From positions 47,182,001-47,246,000 of the forward strand of contig OX597831.1 in the NCBI GenBank assembly GCA_951406725.2: 64,000 bases of DNA, written 5' to 3'. Source of the DNA: Octopus vulgaris (Eukaryota). Numbering within the stretch: the stretch's first letter is position 1; every line of letters starts with the position of its first letter. Under the pieces are notes generated by a model. It saw only the letters and a list, made by a program, of their open reading frames with translations. It was not told the origin of the DNA and searched no databases. Below are positions 39,509 through 53,388 of this stretch, piece by piece. Position numbers and translations under genes: made by a program.

Positions 39509-41124
39509 GTGCATGTTAATTTAATTATTAGACTATTAAAAATTGATTAACCGCATGCTTCAGGTTCAGCCACACTGTTTCGTAAGTGTCTTCTACAAAT
39601 AGCCCTGAGCCAACCAATGCCTTGTAAGTGAATTTGGTAAACAACAACTGTGTGGACACCTATTATATATGGCAATGTGGTTGTCAGTAGAAAGCCAATC
39701 ATCAAAATCTAAAGGAAGCTGTAGTATGCACAGCAAGCAACACAGCTTCTGTCATCTACCATCTAACTTTTCTGGTTATTAACCAACCTTGTATTTACTA
39801 CCATCTCGTGCATTCCATTAGAAATTTGTCCATAGGGAGCCATATTCACTAGAGACAGAATACCCCAGTGTTTGGTCGTAAGATTGTGATTTCAATTTCT
39901 CGACCAGGCAATGACATTGTGTTCTTGAGCAAAATACTCCATTTTACATTACCCCAATCCACTCACCTGGTAAAAATGAGTAATCTTGTAATGGACCAAC
40001 TTCCATCCAGGGAGAAATATATACACCAGGGAAACCTGGAAACTGGTGCTATGCTCCTTACAGAGTAATGTGGACTAGCCAGCCATAGGGAAAGAAGATA
40101 AATGTTATCCAGTATTTGTGTGTTAGGTGTCCTACATTATAAAATCTCTCACACAGCCATTCTCTCAAATATCTTTTGTACACAAACAATGCCAAGCACA
40201 AAGTAATCAGTTTAACTGGGAAATGGAATCCCAATTAGCTACTCTTAATTGTTATGCTACTGCATAATGTGTGCTTGAAACTCCAATAAAGAGCAAGCAG
40301 CCCTATTGCTTAAGTAGCCAACTTTGGAAACAGACTCAAATTCACTTCCAATTAATGATTATATCCTTTTGTTCAATGTCACCGTTTCTTTCCCACGTAG
40401 GGAACTGAATTATTGCTGCAAATATCCGTATATTTAATGTATCAAATGTAACAGCATTGTTTTGTTGTTGTTGTTTTTTTCTTTTTTTTTTTTCATAGTT
40501 GCCTGTTATTGACATATTCAAATGTGGCATAAAGGTGACGCTTATTTTCAGATAAGGAAACTGGGCCAAACATGGCAACAGGTTTTATTTATTTATTTAT
40601 TCGTTTATTTATTTATTTATTCTATTTATGATTTTTATGGGGCTCAAATGCAAGAAACAAAACCAACCAAACAAAACAAAACAAAAAACCCCTGCTAGAA
40701 AGGAGTCCAGAGTGACACCAATGTATGTACTGTTCATTTGTGTGTATAAATAGCTTGTGTTCAAATAGTTCGGCTGCAAATGATATATATTGACTCTGCA
40801 GCTTTAGCACCCCATCCCCCTCCTCCTCCCCCTCCTCCTCTTTCTGCACCCTCCTCTGCTACCTTTTCTTCTTCCTCTTCATCTGTTTCTTCTGCTTCCT
40901 CCTTCCTCCTTTCTTATCTCCTTTGCTTCTCCACCTCTTCCTTTGCTCCTAGTTCCCTTGTTCCTCTTCCTACTCTGCTTCATCTTCTTCTGGCTCTGTT
41001 TCCTTCTCTTCCCCCTCCTCCTCCTGCCTCTGTCTCTGTGCTTTCTCCCCCCCCCCCATCCCTGTTGTCATCACCACTACCGCCTCCAATAAGAAGTCTG
41101 AAACCAACAAGGAAGCCACTGGAC

Positions 41125-41495
41125 CAGTAGTTCTCAACAAGAGTCCATATGACCCCTGGGGGTCCATATAAGGGTTTTGGGCAGGGTTCACACTCAAAAA
41201 ATAGTAAATTGGGGATCCTCAATAGTATTTTAAGGGTCCACGAAAATAGTTGATTTTTATGTATTTATTGCAAAAAAAAAAGAAAAAAAGAGAAAAAGAA
41301 AAACAACAGCTTGGTTCCTTTCTCTAATGTTTTACATAGTTCATCCTACACAAATTAACATGTGAAAAACAAAGTAGGAATTTAAAAAGAAGTATCTATA
41401 CAACTAGTTATTAAACATCAAATGGCTATGGGGTCTACCTGAATAAAATAGTAATCAAAGGGATCCATAAGTAAAAAAATGGTTGAGAACCACTA
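41125..41495. mobile_element. hAT (Charlie-like) MITE
   Basis: TIRs CAGTAGTTCTCAAC/GTTGAGAACCACTA and an 8-bp TSD CACTGGAC/CACTAGAC. Confidence 0.85.
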
Positions 41496-42658
41496 CACTA
41501 GACTGTTGCTTGACCTCATAGAAATTATGATGGCCGGCTAATGCTACACTGTATTATGTAGTATTAGATAAATGACACCTTAAAATAAAAAATAAAAGGT
41601 GGAATGGTTGTAATCCAATGGTTTTTGTCATATGTCTATCCAATCAAGACCAACTTACCTTAAACAACAAGTCTTGTTTCTTGAGGTTTGACTGGGTTGA
41701 ACTGGTGTGCAATCAAGTAATACTGCGATATCTTCTCTCAATCCAGTGTTATCTTAGCTTCTGAGAATCTGTTATGCTGAGATATGACCCCCTTCACTTC
41801 CTCCTATCTCTTTCATTGGCCTTCTTTTCTCTGTTACAAACAGCTTTCTCAGTAATAGCTCATTTTTCTTTCTTTTTTTTTTTTTACCTAGCAGGATTTA
41901 TCCATTCACACTGCATATAATCAAGTAGATGACACAAATCTCATTTCTGTCTGGCATCCACGTTATTTCATATAATCCTCCAAGTTTCACAAATGTCATG
42001 TCTAGGTGATATGTGTAGCAGTTACCAAATGCAACAGTATAATTATAGCTTGCAGATTGTGGCATAGTGGAGAAGTAACAGGAGAAGCCGAGAAAGGCTG
42101 CTTGTTACAAAGTTAAAGAAATGACAAATTGGGAATTGACATAAAAGGTTTTATTGAACTGTTACAAAGTCTCACAACAGTGATGAATTGTTTTCAGTTT
42201 TGATGGAGAATCTCTTGTGGGCTGGCACTAAGTTGATGTGAAACTTGTGCAAGGTTGCCATTGATGAAAAGTTAACCGTCTGTTAGTAGCAAAGTAAAAA
42301 GAGAAAGGAATGTATATATATTAATTGGAATGTACAGTTTTATATATCCATTATGACCTATCTTACCAATCAATTTTGTGTTAAGGATTCAATGGAGTGC
42401 TAAGTTACAGTCTGATTGTGTAACCCTGCACTCATCAGAGGTAGCTGTTATGGAATGAAATATGGTGACTGCTCTTTATTGTTGGAGGTGAATAGACACA
42501 TCCAGTTTGTGATATATATATATATATATAGATAGATCAGACTGGGCCTGGTGCAGCCTTCTGGCTTCCCAGACCCCAGTTGAACCGTCCAACCCATGCT
42601 AGCATGGAAAGCGGATGCTAAATGATGATGATGATGATATATATATATATATATATAT

Positions 42659-42961
42659 CAGTAATAATATAGGGTGAAATTAATTAATTTGGAATAATCA
42701 TTAATTTCACCAAGTAGATTTCGGCATGTAAAAGCCTCATTCGAGGAAAGTTTAAGTAATACTAAGTAATTAAGGGTTTAGCAACGATTTGCCTCACCAC
42801 ACACCGAAATTTAGAAATAGCAGTCAAAGAGTTATAGCTATTCTTTCTACTAAAAGGGAGATCTCAGTGGTTTTACTGAGATCTCCCTTTTAGTAGAAAG
42901 AATAGCTATAACTCTTTGACTGCTATTTCTAAATTTCGGTGTGTGGTGAGGCAAATCATTG

Positions 42962-42964
<3 letters not shown>
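42659..42964. mobile_element. Fold-back element between (TA)n tracts
   Basis: 90-bp arms at 42779-42868 and 42875-42964 with 1 mismatch and a 6-nt loop. An additional 12-bp terminal hairpin lies at 42673-42711. Confidence 0.75.
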
Positions 42965-42998
<34 letters not shown>

Positions 42999-45029
42999 TG
43001 TATATATATATACATAGAGAGAGAGAGAGTTCTCTGAAAGTTGTAGAAGAAGGAGAATGTTTCCTTACAGGTAACTTGAATTTACAGCTGCCCTAAGGTT
43101 GCATGACATCATTGACAGTGGAAGCAAATAGATTTATCTGGATTGATCTCTTGTCTCATCTTAGATGGTGGTGAATCTGACAGGTTGAACTTCATAAATT
43201 CTAAGTGCAAATTCCAAGAACAATAGAAACTGACATGGAGATCGATTCTTGGTTATGAGAATCTAGTGTGTATCTCTAACACAAATATGCAGCCTCATTC
43301 CTTTTAGAGGGGGGAGTGGGGGGACATTCTTTTTTGGTCTGTAGAGGTAACAGCATCTTCTGCTCTGTGTGTACTCTAGTTCAGAGATGGAAAAAAGTAC
43401 AGCATTTGAAATTTAAATCGTTATATTGGAATATGTTTGTGTTGATTTTAAGTTGTTTAAAGCCTACGTTTTCAGATACTTGTGAATTTTTTTGGAAACA
43501 TCTATTTAGATTTCTTTATCTATATTTATAATTACTTCTTTGCAATAATTACAATTGTGTTGAAAGCAGAAATCTGTAAAAAAAATTTCCAAAAAATAAG
43601 CCAAAACAAAAACTTACTATTTTTAAACTTAGGAGTGCTTATTCCAAAACTCTAACATTTTAATATTTTGTTAAAGTTTTTATGAACAAGTGCATTTTAT
43701 AAAGTAATAGCTTTCCATTATTAACATTTTTTTCTGAAATGCATTTTGTCAGATGGCAGCTGTTTCCCCACCCTCATTCCAGCTACTCTATTTTCACTAT
43801 AACCACCACAAGCATTAAGTATTGTTGTGAAATCCAAGTTAGCACTGCTTGTTGAGATATATTATCAATGGTGATCGTCTCATCTTTAATTTTTTTCCTT
43901 TTTTGACTTAGAGTACCTTGGACTACATTGTCCAATGTATTGTGTGTGTGTTTTTGTTTTTTAAGATATTAAGGTGTAGTTTGAGGGAGATTTGGCTGCT
44001 ATTTCTTCTACAGCAAAACTCCTTCATTGGCAAGAGTAATCCTCCCATCTCTGTCTCTTCCTGCTTGTCTCTCTTTCTATCTATCTATTTATCTATCTAT
44101 GTGTGTGTATGTGTGTGTGCGCATGTATATATATACATTGTTAAAAAAATGGTCCGTTCCATGCTGTTTTTACTTTTTTGTTTCTCGTTGAGTTCTATGT
44201 CTATTTGTGGTGTCCTGTACACACGTATATATATTTATATATGCATGTATATATACATGTAGATGTAGGTACGTACATATATGTTTGTATGTATGCATAT
44301 ATTTTATTTATTACACTATTGTATGACTGAGCGCCCTCGTGTTGATTCGATTCAATTCATTTCGTTTCGTTTCTTCTTCTTCTCTAAGCTGGTTTATATA
44401 TATATATATATATTTACTCATTCATTCATTGGTGATAAATATATGAGGATATACATAATATATGCATGATATTGTACAACTAATTCTAAAACTGAACATT
44501 CCAGAAGGCAATATTTGCCATAGTTTGGGTGGTAAAAATCATTGAAAGTTTATTTGAAGATTAAGAGCTAGCAGTGTGTGCATGTGTGTGTGTGTGAGTG
44601 CGTGTGTAAAATGAATAAATTAAATGAATAAATAAAACAGCATTTTGATTGCATTTGGAAGATAAACCACTTTAAAAATATAATGGCCAATAGCAACACT
44701 GGAGTGCTACAGTAACCTGATACCATTTAGTTATTTGCCAAATATCAGAAAAAGAATTTTTATGCTGAAGAGGGTGTTATTTATTTTTTTTTTACTATTT
44801 TTGTTTCTCATGTGATTCTACGCTTTGGGCAAATAGTTCCCTAACAGACGTGAAGGTGTGAGTTCAATCCTATTTTTAGCTATTGTGGGTTCACTGTAGA
44901 TGAATGATACAAACATGACAAATGTTGTTAAGCTATAGCTAACCTACCACATCACACATATGGTTTATAAGCAGTGCTAGATGTGCTCAAGGTATGTAAC
45001 TGAAATGACATAAGTGAAATTTGAAGTTT

Positions 45030-45865
45030 GAAACATTCAAATTATTCTGTCAGAAGTAATGCTTATTTATTCTTATTGTTTTGAAATTAATCATGCATTA
45101 ACTTGTAGCTTTGAGATTTTGATGAGGTAACTGTTAATCTATTATATAAAATCCGTTCTGTCTGTCTCTGTGTGTGTCTTCTAGGATCTCGGGCATCCTC
45201 CATCCGATTGCGTTCAAATTTGATATGTAGATACTGACGGTATCAGGGCGTGTATAAGTCTTGAAAAAGTTACAAAAATCTATTCCAGGTGAGAATGCGA
45301 TCGATAAAGCCGTAAAACGTGCATTTGTATGTGCAAGTACATCAGCTGTTGTGATCGATACTACACGTACACGAGAAAAATGGATGTGCAGTTTGCGCAA
45401 AAAAAGACGGCTTCCATTTTTTGTTGTTTTTGTACTGCTTAAAGGCACGTTTCTTTCCTGCCAAGCTTACTGTTTAAACCATGTTTGTGTTCTCCCAGTC
45501 AACAGCCTTATCATTACTGGTACTTTAAACTCTTCAGTTGCATATTTGTGTGAATAAAATCGTTTTTCTTTGGAATAGAAAAAAAGTGTATCTTTATTTC
45601 TTCTTTTGCTGGTGTCTCAAATTTAGGCTATATCAGTGTTTCTCAAAGGGGAGGCCTATGGGACGGTCGGACAAGTTGTTTTGAGAAAATTTGGTTTAAA
45701 TGCCTGACAACTCAGCACCGTCCATTCGACGGGGGAGGGGGGCGTTTTGCACGATTTTTTAATATTGTAGGGTTGGTGTGAAGAGCCAGACACAGCCAGT
45801 TTGAACATAAGAAACAGGTAGAAAATTTTGGCTAGATATGGCTGGTTTAAATGCTAACAGGTTGA
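45030..45865 (+). mobile_element. piggyBac-type MITE split by a Helitron-like insertion
   Basis: 45030-45136 and 45755-45865 match the two halves of the 7225-7445 element. Confidence 0.65.
45138..45753 (+). mobile_element. Non-autonomous Helitron-like element
   Basis: 5' TCTATTATATAAAA followed by CTGT repeats, and a subterminal hairpin CCGTCCATTCGACGG. No TSD seen. Confidence 0.6.
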
Positions 45866-48800
45866 AGGTTTATGCATTTATTGATCTGTTTTCAGTTTAT
45901 TTGGGACATTTTGCTAGTTTTATTATCAAGTATATTATCATTCAATAGATTTTTTTTTCTTTTGAAAATGCTTTCTAAATTGATTAGAAAATTTTATTGT
46001 CTCACTGTTAGAATTATGCAATCTAGCAGTTTAAATTATATACTTACAATTGCTAGTTTCCGTTTTCTAAATGACACATGCAAATGTTACAAAGCATGTT
46101 ACTGCGGGCCCTACTTAGAGAATTATCAGTGGGGCCCACCACTCTACAAAAGCTGAAGATTGATGTTTTATGCTTTGTGTAGTATGCCAGTTCCAGCCAA
46201 AAAGTATTGAGGGTTTGAGGCTACACCATTGGCCAAAATGATATACTGAAAATTCTTCATAACATCCTTTCCTTGAATGTGTGCGCAGAGTTTTCTCTTG
46301 GCATGAGACCCTCTCTTGGTGCAGGTCCCAATTTGAACAAATCTGTCTAATTGGCTTACAGCCAGCCCTGTGTATGTGTGTGTACATCTTTTATGTCTTA
46401 ACTTTTACTTGTTTCAATCATTGGACTGTGGCTGTACTGGGGTGCCACCTTGAATGGGTTTAGTCAAACAAATTGATCTCAGTACCTTTGTTCTTTTAAT
46501 ATTTATTCTATTGGTCTCTTTCCACAAATCACTATGTCACAAAGACATAAAGAAACCAACACCGGTTGTGAAGCAGTTGTGCTCTGACAAACACACACAG
46601 GTATATGGTGTGCTTCCACACACTGTTTCCATCACATGGATTCACTCACAAGGGATAGTTGACTCAAGGCTATATATAACTTCTACCTTTTATGCGTTTC
46701 ATTCATTAGACTGTGGCCATGCTAGAGCACTACTTTGAATTTTAGTTGTATGAATTTACCCTACTACTTATTTCGAACCACATGTTTTGAGGTTCAGTCC
46801 TACTGTGTGGCACCTTGTTAGTGGATTTAGAAGACATAAATTGTACCAAAACAGGCAAAATGGAACCTGGGCAGCTCCTATCAAACTGTCCAACCCATGG
46901 AGAAGGGACATTAAATGATGATGATGATGATGAGATATTTGTATGTGTGTGTGAGTTTCTGTATGTTTGTGTCTCCTTGATTTCACATCATGTGATTGTT
47001 GTAAATGAATGTCATTCATTCCCAAAAATCTGCAAAAATCATGTCTGGCCATGGGAAACTATTACATTGCTTTGAAACAGGTCAGGATTAGTAATGGGAA
47101 GTGCATTCATTTGTAAAACATTTGCCTCAATAAACTCTGTCTGACCCATGCAATATGGAAAAATGGACTTAAAGACAATTATAATCACAGTGATATATGT
47201 CTGTCTGTCTGTAGGTAGGCAGGCAGGCTCATACATAATTCTTTGGTTAAAAACTTTACTTCACAAACATGTGGTTTTGGGTTCAGTGCCACCATGTGAC
47301 ACTGGGCCAACTGATGTCAAATACAATAAGTTCATTGTTATTATCATAAAGAAGTCACTAGCCCAGGGTGCCATGCAGTGGTTATTTGAACTCCAAATCA
47401 CATGTTGCAAATTGAACTTCTAACCTCACAGCCATATCAGGACCTCTCTCTCTCTCTCTCTCTCTCCATATATATTATACATGTATGTGTGTGCTTGAGT
47501 AGCTAAAGCTATAATGTAAAAGTATGAGAAATCATGGCGAGTTAGTTAACGGCTAATTTAATTAAGAGAGTTAAACTGTGAGATAAAATAGATACAGGTG
47601 TGGAAAGATTCTAAATTAGGGTGCAGGTGAAAGATGTAATTAAAAGAGAAAAAAAACATTCATTTAAGAAAAACATTCTTTTTTTAGTATTTCAATATTG
47701 CACTACAATTGTGGAAACCTGCTGTTTTATGAGTTATTGAATTTTAGATAAAAATGTGTTATCCTTATTGATTATTATTCATTAATAAATTTATTTATAT
47801 ATATTTTTTGCAAAAATTATCTGCTTGATCATTTCTAGATTTTAAACCCCCATAGGGGTTTGAAAATCTTGATACAGCACTTAAATTGTTATGTGCCCCC
47901 CCCCCCCACATCAACCCAAAGATATTCCAGATGTGATTCATCACCACCACTCCAGAAGTGTATTTAGTACATTAGGGAATATATTAATTATTTTTCTTAG
48001 ATGCTAACATGTAATTTGAGGGAGATTTGACTGCTATTTCTAGTAAGTCTAATGACCATGTAGAGTCTTCTGGCTTGACTGCACCTGCATAAATAAGAGA
48101 GGATTTTATTCAGTCTGCTGCTTATACAGTACTTTACTATTTATATCTGTTTCACATCTCCCACATTATTTATAAACCTAGGATACTGTCATTTAAACAA
48201 GTCATGTATTGTATAAAGCTGTATACAAGAATCCTATTAAGACGTTCTGTATTATTTTAGTACTTGGATTCTGGTTCCTTATGTTCTGTATTCCAGTTCT
48301 TCTTTGATCAATCTTGTCTTTCATCTTTCTGAAGTTGATAAAAGTAAAGTTCCATTTAAATGCTGGATTCAGTGGTATCGACTACCCACTTCCTCTCGAA
48401 ATCATTGGCCTTGTGCCTAAATCAGAAACCATTATTTTAGTATTTAGTAGTCATATTTATCCAGCCATCAATCCATCCATCCATACATTGGGTCATCCAA
48501 CTAACCAAACATCCAGCCATCCCTCCTACACTTCACTTATTTATCTATCAGGTTAGTCAGCCAGGTATATGCTTAAGATTTAATTCACAGTCATGTGGTT
48601 CCAGCTTTGGTCCCATGGCTCCACACCATAAGCAAGTACCCTCTATGATGGCCTCTGGCTGACAAATGCCTTTATACATAAAATTTGGTTGAGAGAAATT
48701 ATACAAGGGCCCATTGTATGTATGTATGTGTCTATTTATATATGTGTATATCAATTTGGTATAGACAAAACTGGTATGTCACACAAGAAATACTTTGTAG

Positions 48801-50746
48801 TATTCATGTCCAACTAAAAACTTGAAACAATGTCTTACTTTTCATTTCTTACGGAAAGAAAAGACAAAATAATATCAGAGTACTGAAGTCAATATAAATG
48901 ACTTAGAAAGATTTTTTAGATATCATTCATGGCAGTACCCCTCCATGGCAGCTATCCAATGACTGAAACCAATAAAAAAATTGTAGAAAACCATAATTTA
49001 AAAGTGTAATTGCACATTTTGAATTCTGAATTGTGTAATCAAGAAAATAAAGATGTAGAGATAAAGAGCAAAAATGAAAAATAAAAAGCTAATGTATTTC
49101 AGACAGAATAATATTACAAAGAGAATATTCTACCATTCCTTATTCGAATTTGCAAATTATATCGAGGGATTAAGATTTTTATCCCAGTGTTGCATTATTT
49201 AGGTAATGATTTGCTTGAGAAATTTGAAAATGGTGTGTTATGTTTAAAAATTTGAAGTTCAATGGGAATCCAATAGAATGTTGCTAATTACGTTGTTACA
49301 TCTGTTTTTTAAAAATTAATTTTATATCAAATTCAGTGAACAATAACATCCTTAGCTGATGGTTTTCAAATAGCCCCTTCCCGACTGTGAGAGTGGCAAG
49401 GAGTGATTATGTAACTTGGACAAAGTAAATACCACAAGAGCTATTTTTGTTCAGATGCCTCAGGTATGGCTGTCAGTTTAAGAAGTTGACTCCCAAGCCA
49501 AATGGTTTTAGAGCCAGTCCCACTGCACAGCACCTTGAGCAAGTGCCACACAATATTTGTAATCAAGCATTATCATCGAACAAGCAGTGCTGCTAATTTC
49601 CAATCTTCCACAAAAGCATATCTAACTATTTGGAAACAGGTGAGAGTTGGTCACAAGAAGGGCATCTGCTCATAGAAATTTACTTCAGCCATTTCCATTT
49701 GATACATGCAAACACAAATGATGGTGATGTTGATGATGATGATGATGATGATGCTGATGGCTTGTGTTTCTGGTTAAACAAAAACTGATGGAATACAGTC
49801 TGCCTAAAGTTTATTTTCTGAGTTCAAAGTCTTGTTTGGATTAACCTCACACTTTACCACTCTGACAACATAAATAGCAGTAATATACTGAGGTATATTC
49901 AACCGGCTATATCTATCTGCTATAAATTTCTGGCTTTGTGACAATGTTGAGAAATCAATATTTTGCAAGTAATGCAGTCAGCATGTGAACAAAGAGATAT
50001 AGTGGAATTCCAGCTATGTGCACAAATAATCAATATTGCGAGTGCATGAAATGCTTCGGTGAAACTGGATGTAAACAGCAAGAAGGTTATTAAATGTTGC
50101 AATGGGTCAGTGGAGCTAATAAATAAGTTCCTTTTCCCTAAGTAACTAGAGCTTAGAAGTGTAGGTAAAGTATTAGCTGTGGTGGCTGAAAAAAAAGATG
50201 TAGGAGCTTTCCGTCTCTATTGATTTAGGGCGAAAGTGAGGGAGAAGGAAAAAAAGAGAGACAGAAAGAGTGTGTATGTGAGTGTGTGTGTTTATGTATA
50301 AAGTTAGATTATATGATCCATCAGTCTGAACTTTAATATTACATAACAATGAGCCTTGGACAATGAAAGCCAAGCATTCCATGTAACGGGAGAATATGAT
50401 CTATTGAATGTGTAATAAGCTTAGGAGAGGAAAGGGGATGGTTTGGATATTTTAAAATATTTTTTCTCTTTTTTTTTTTTAATCACATTTCATGAACAAT
50501 AGCATTGTTAGTTATAGGTTTCCAACAGGCCAATCACTGGTTCACTGCAGTTTTTGATGGCAAAAGTGACAAGGCAGCAGCATCTGTTTCAACTCAAGCA
50601 GAACAAATACCTCTAGGTATTTTTGTTCAAAAGCACATGTTTATTGGTTTTCTTGCCAATATATATATATGTATATATCTTATATTAGACATTTATGGAT
50701 TTATATATATATATATATGTGTGTGTGATTATTATCATTAAATGGA

Positions 50747-51180
50747 TGCGGGAGTGGCTGTGTGGTAAGTAGCTTGCTTCCCAACCACATGGTTCCAGGT
50801 TCATTCCTACTGTGTGGCACCTTGTGAGTGGATTTGGTAGACGGAAACTGAAAGAAGCCCGTCGTATATATGTATATATATATGTACATAGATGTGCAAA
50901 CACATAAACAGACCGATGCTGGTTGTCAATTGGTGGTGGTGGCAGGACAAACACAGACACAAAAACACACATACATGTATGTATCTATACTCACACACAC
51001 ACACACACGCACACACACTCACATGATGGATTTTCACATAGTTTCCATTTACTATATTCACTCAAAAAGTTTTGATTGGCATGGGGCTATAGTAGAAACA
51101 CTTACCCATCGTGCTGCAAAGTGGGACTGAACCCATAATCACGTGATCGCAAAGCAAACTTCTTAACTACACAACCATGC
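50747..51180. mobile_element. Two partial family A SINEs in opposite orientation
   Basis: A plus-strand head at 50747-50864 and a minus-strand half at 50905-51180. Confidence 0.65.
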
Positions 51181-51464
51181 TTTATAAAATATGAAAGAAA
51201 AGAAAAAAGTTTCCTAAGCTGGTGATTGAGAGTCATATAATCAAAGATGTAGAAAGCAGCTAGACTCAGAACTTATATTCTGAGATTAATAAGCTTCAAA
51301 CACAACACAGCTTAGAAGCTACTGCATAGATCTAATATGCTAATGCAAGCAAGCTTCATTTAAACTTATGGTGGCTGTTGTTTGTTTGTTTGTATGTATG
51401 TTTGTATGTATGTATAAACTTACTTGGAAATGGATGTGTGGCATTCAATTAAATAATCTAAATA

Positions 51465-51522
<58 letters not shown>

Positions 51523-51600
51523 CCATATACACACACACACATATATATATATGCATATATGGGTGTGTGTGTGTGTATATATATATATCTTTATATATAT

Positions 51601-51783
51601 TTTAGCTCCTACACGCATTTTTTTCTCTCCTCGTTTCTTTTCTGTGCATTTTTCTGTCGAAGAGCGTAGGCTCGAAACGTAAAAGACTTGTTTTATTTCT
51701 ATTCCTGAGCGCCATACTAATACAATTGTTTGTTTGTACTCCACCTGCCTTCGTGTTTTGTTTCTTTTCGTAAACCTTCCCGT
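51601..51783 (+). mobile_element. Short Penelope-like 3' fragment in (TA)n with hammerhead-like motif at 51649-51686
   Basis: TTTTT-CTGTCGA-A-GAGC-GTAG-GCTC-GAAA-CG-TA-AAAGA, embedded between TA microsatellites. Confidence 0.6.
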
Positions 51784-51965
51784 TATATATAGGTGTATAT
51801 GTATATGTGTGTGTGTGTATATGTATGTATATGTATGTAAATATATATGTATGTATATATGTATGTATGTATATGTATGTATGTGTATATGTATGTGTAT
51901 ATATATTTATGTATGTATATATGTATATATGTATGTATATATATATATGTATGTATATGTATGTA

Positions 51966-52011
<46 letters not shown>

Positions 52012-52058
52012 GAAAGAGATACTTTGATGCACCATTATATAAGACAAATGGATTAAAT

Positions 52059-52175
52059 GGATAGAATAAGTACTAGGCTTCCAAAGAATAAGTCCTGGAG
52101 TCGATTTGCTCGACTAAAGGCGGTGCTCCAGCATGGACACAGTCAAATAACTGAAACAAGTAAAAGAGTAAAGAG
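52059..52175 (+). mobile_element. SINE family A, 3' tail
   Basis: GATAGAATAAGTACTAGGCT..CTGAAACAAGTAAAAGAG. Confidence 0.75.
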
Positions 52176-52185
52176 TATATATTAC

Positions 52186-52502
52186 GGAGATGTACTTGCA
52201 TGGCAAGTGACCTGATCTGAGATCGTGTGTTGAAACAAAAACAGTTGCAGTGTGGAAGGTGTTTGTAAGCCATTTAAAAACACACAAAAACTGTTAGATT
52301 CACTTCAATGTTTAAATATAATTTGTCAAAATATTTTTGTCATTTTAAGACTGCAACATGATCACTGACAAAATTCCGTGCTGCATTTTATCAGTGATCA
52401 CGTTGCGGTCTCAAAGCAACGAAAATATTTTGGCAAATTAAATTTAAATGTTGAAGTGCATCTAACGGTTTTTGTGTGTTTTTAAATGGCTTATAAACAC
52501 CT
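52186..52502. mobile_element. Fold-back Penelope-like fragment
   Basis: Imperfect 118-bp arms at 52257-52374 and 52385-52502 with a 10-nt loop. The left arm extends to a short TA run near 52180. Confidence 0.7.
52387..52437 (+). ncRNA. Hammerhead-like motif with G3:C8 core variant
   Basis: TTTATCA-GTGATCA-C-GTTGC(9 nt)GCAAC-GAAA-ATAT-TT-TGGCAAA. The mirror arm has a perfect stem I (TTTGTCA/TGACAAA). Confidence 0.5.
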
Positions 52503-53388
52503 ATCACGCTTCCTTCGTTTTTCCATCTACTAAATCACTCACAAAACCACGGTTGAGAAATAAGCCTCTCCACTGCACAAATACACTTTGTGCTTATCAA
52601 TGACAACAATATTTAATTTTTTATATTTCTGTTTTCTTCAAAGTGGAAAATATATTGGTGTGTGTTTTACCACTCTTCTGCCAAAGTAACAGAGAATGAG
52701 ATTCATTTCTCATTCACCTAATGATTTTTAGAACAGAACTAAACATCAGTTTTATGAACTTTTGCCAGTGGTGTATGAAAAGAAGATGAAAAAAAATAAA
52801 TAAAAAGAGAGAGAGAGAAAGAAATTTCTTCCTTTTAACTTACAGAATAAATTTATCTTAATTTTAGTTTAAATGTGTTGAACATTTTAGACATAGTTAA
52901 AATGAAATAAATCTTTAACTACCATCTTAAGATGGGTAGTTAAATGAGATTTACTGAAAAAAAAATTGTTACTGTAATTTTTATGATCTAGCCTTTGGAA
53001 TAATCTACTTTTATATTAGATATTCTGATAAGATTCTCAGAAACTCTGTGTTAATATGACATAAATTGCTTATGTAATATTTATGCTATGGCTTTTGGAA
53101 CTTACCACTTTTACATTAGATATCTTTAAAAATTGTCAGAATCATCTGCATAAACATTACACACATGAAGAACTCTGGAATATATATATACATATATATA
53201 TGGGTGTATGTATGTATATATATATATATATGTATAAAATAAATATAAGAGAGTGGTCACTATATGGCTCACTCTAGCACCAGTTAATCCAAAAGGTTTC
53301 AACCACAAAAATACATGTTTCCCATGAAAGTCAGTACGATTGTTAGCTCACACGGACAGGGCAAATAAAAAATAACAAATACAGATTA

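Noticed and set aside
40780-41222. Proline/serine-rich and Glu/Gly-rich ORFs
   Set aside because: A low-complexity CT-rich tract running into a hAT MITE.
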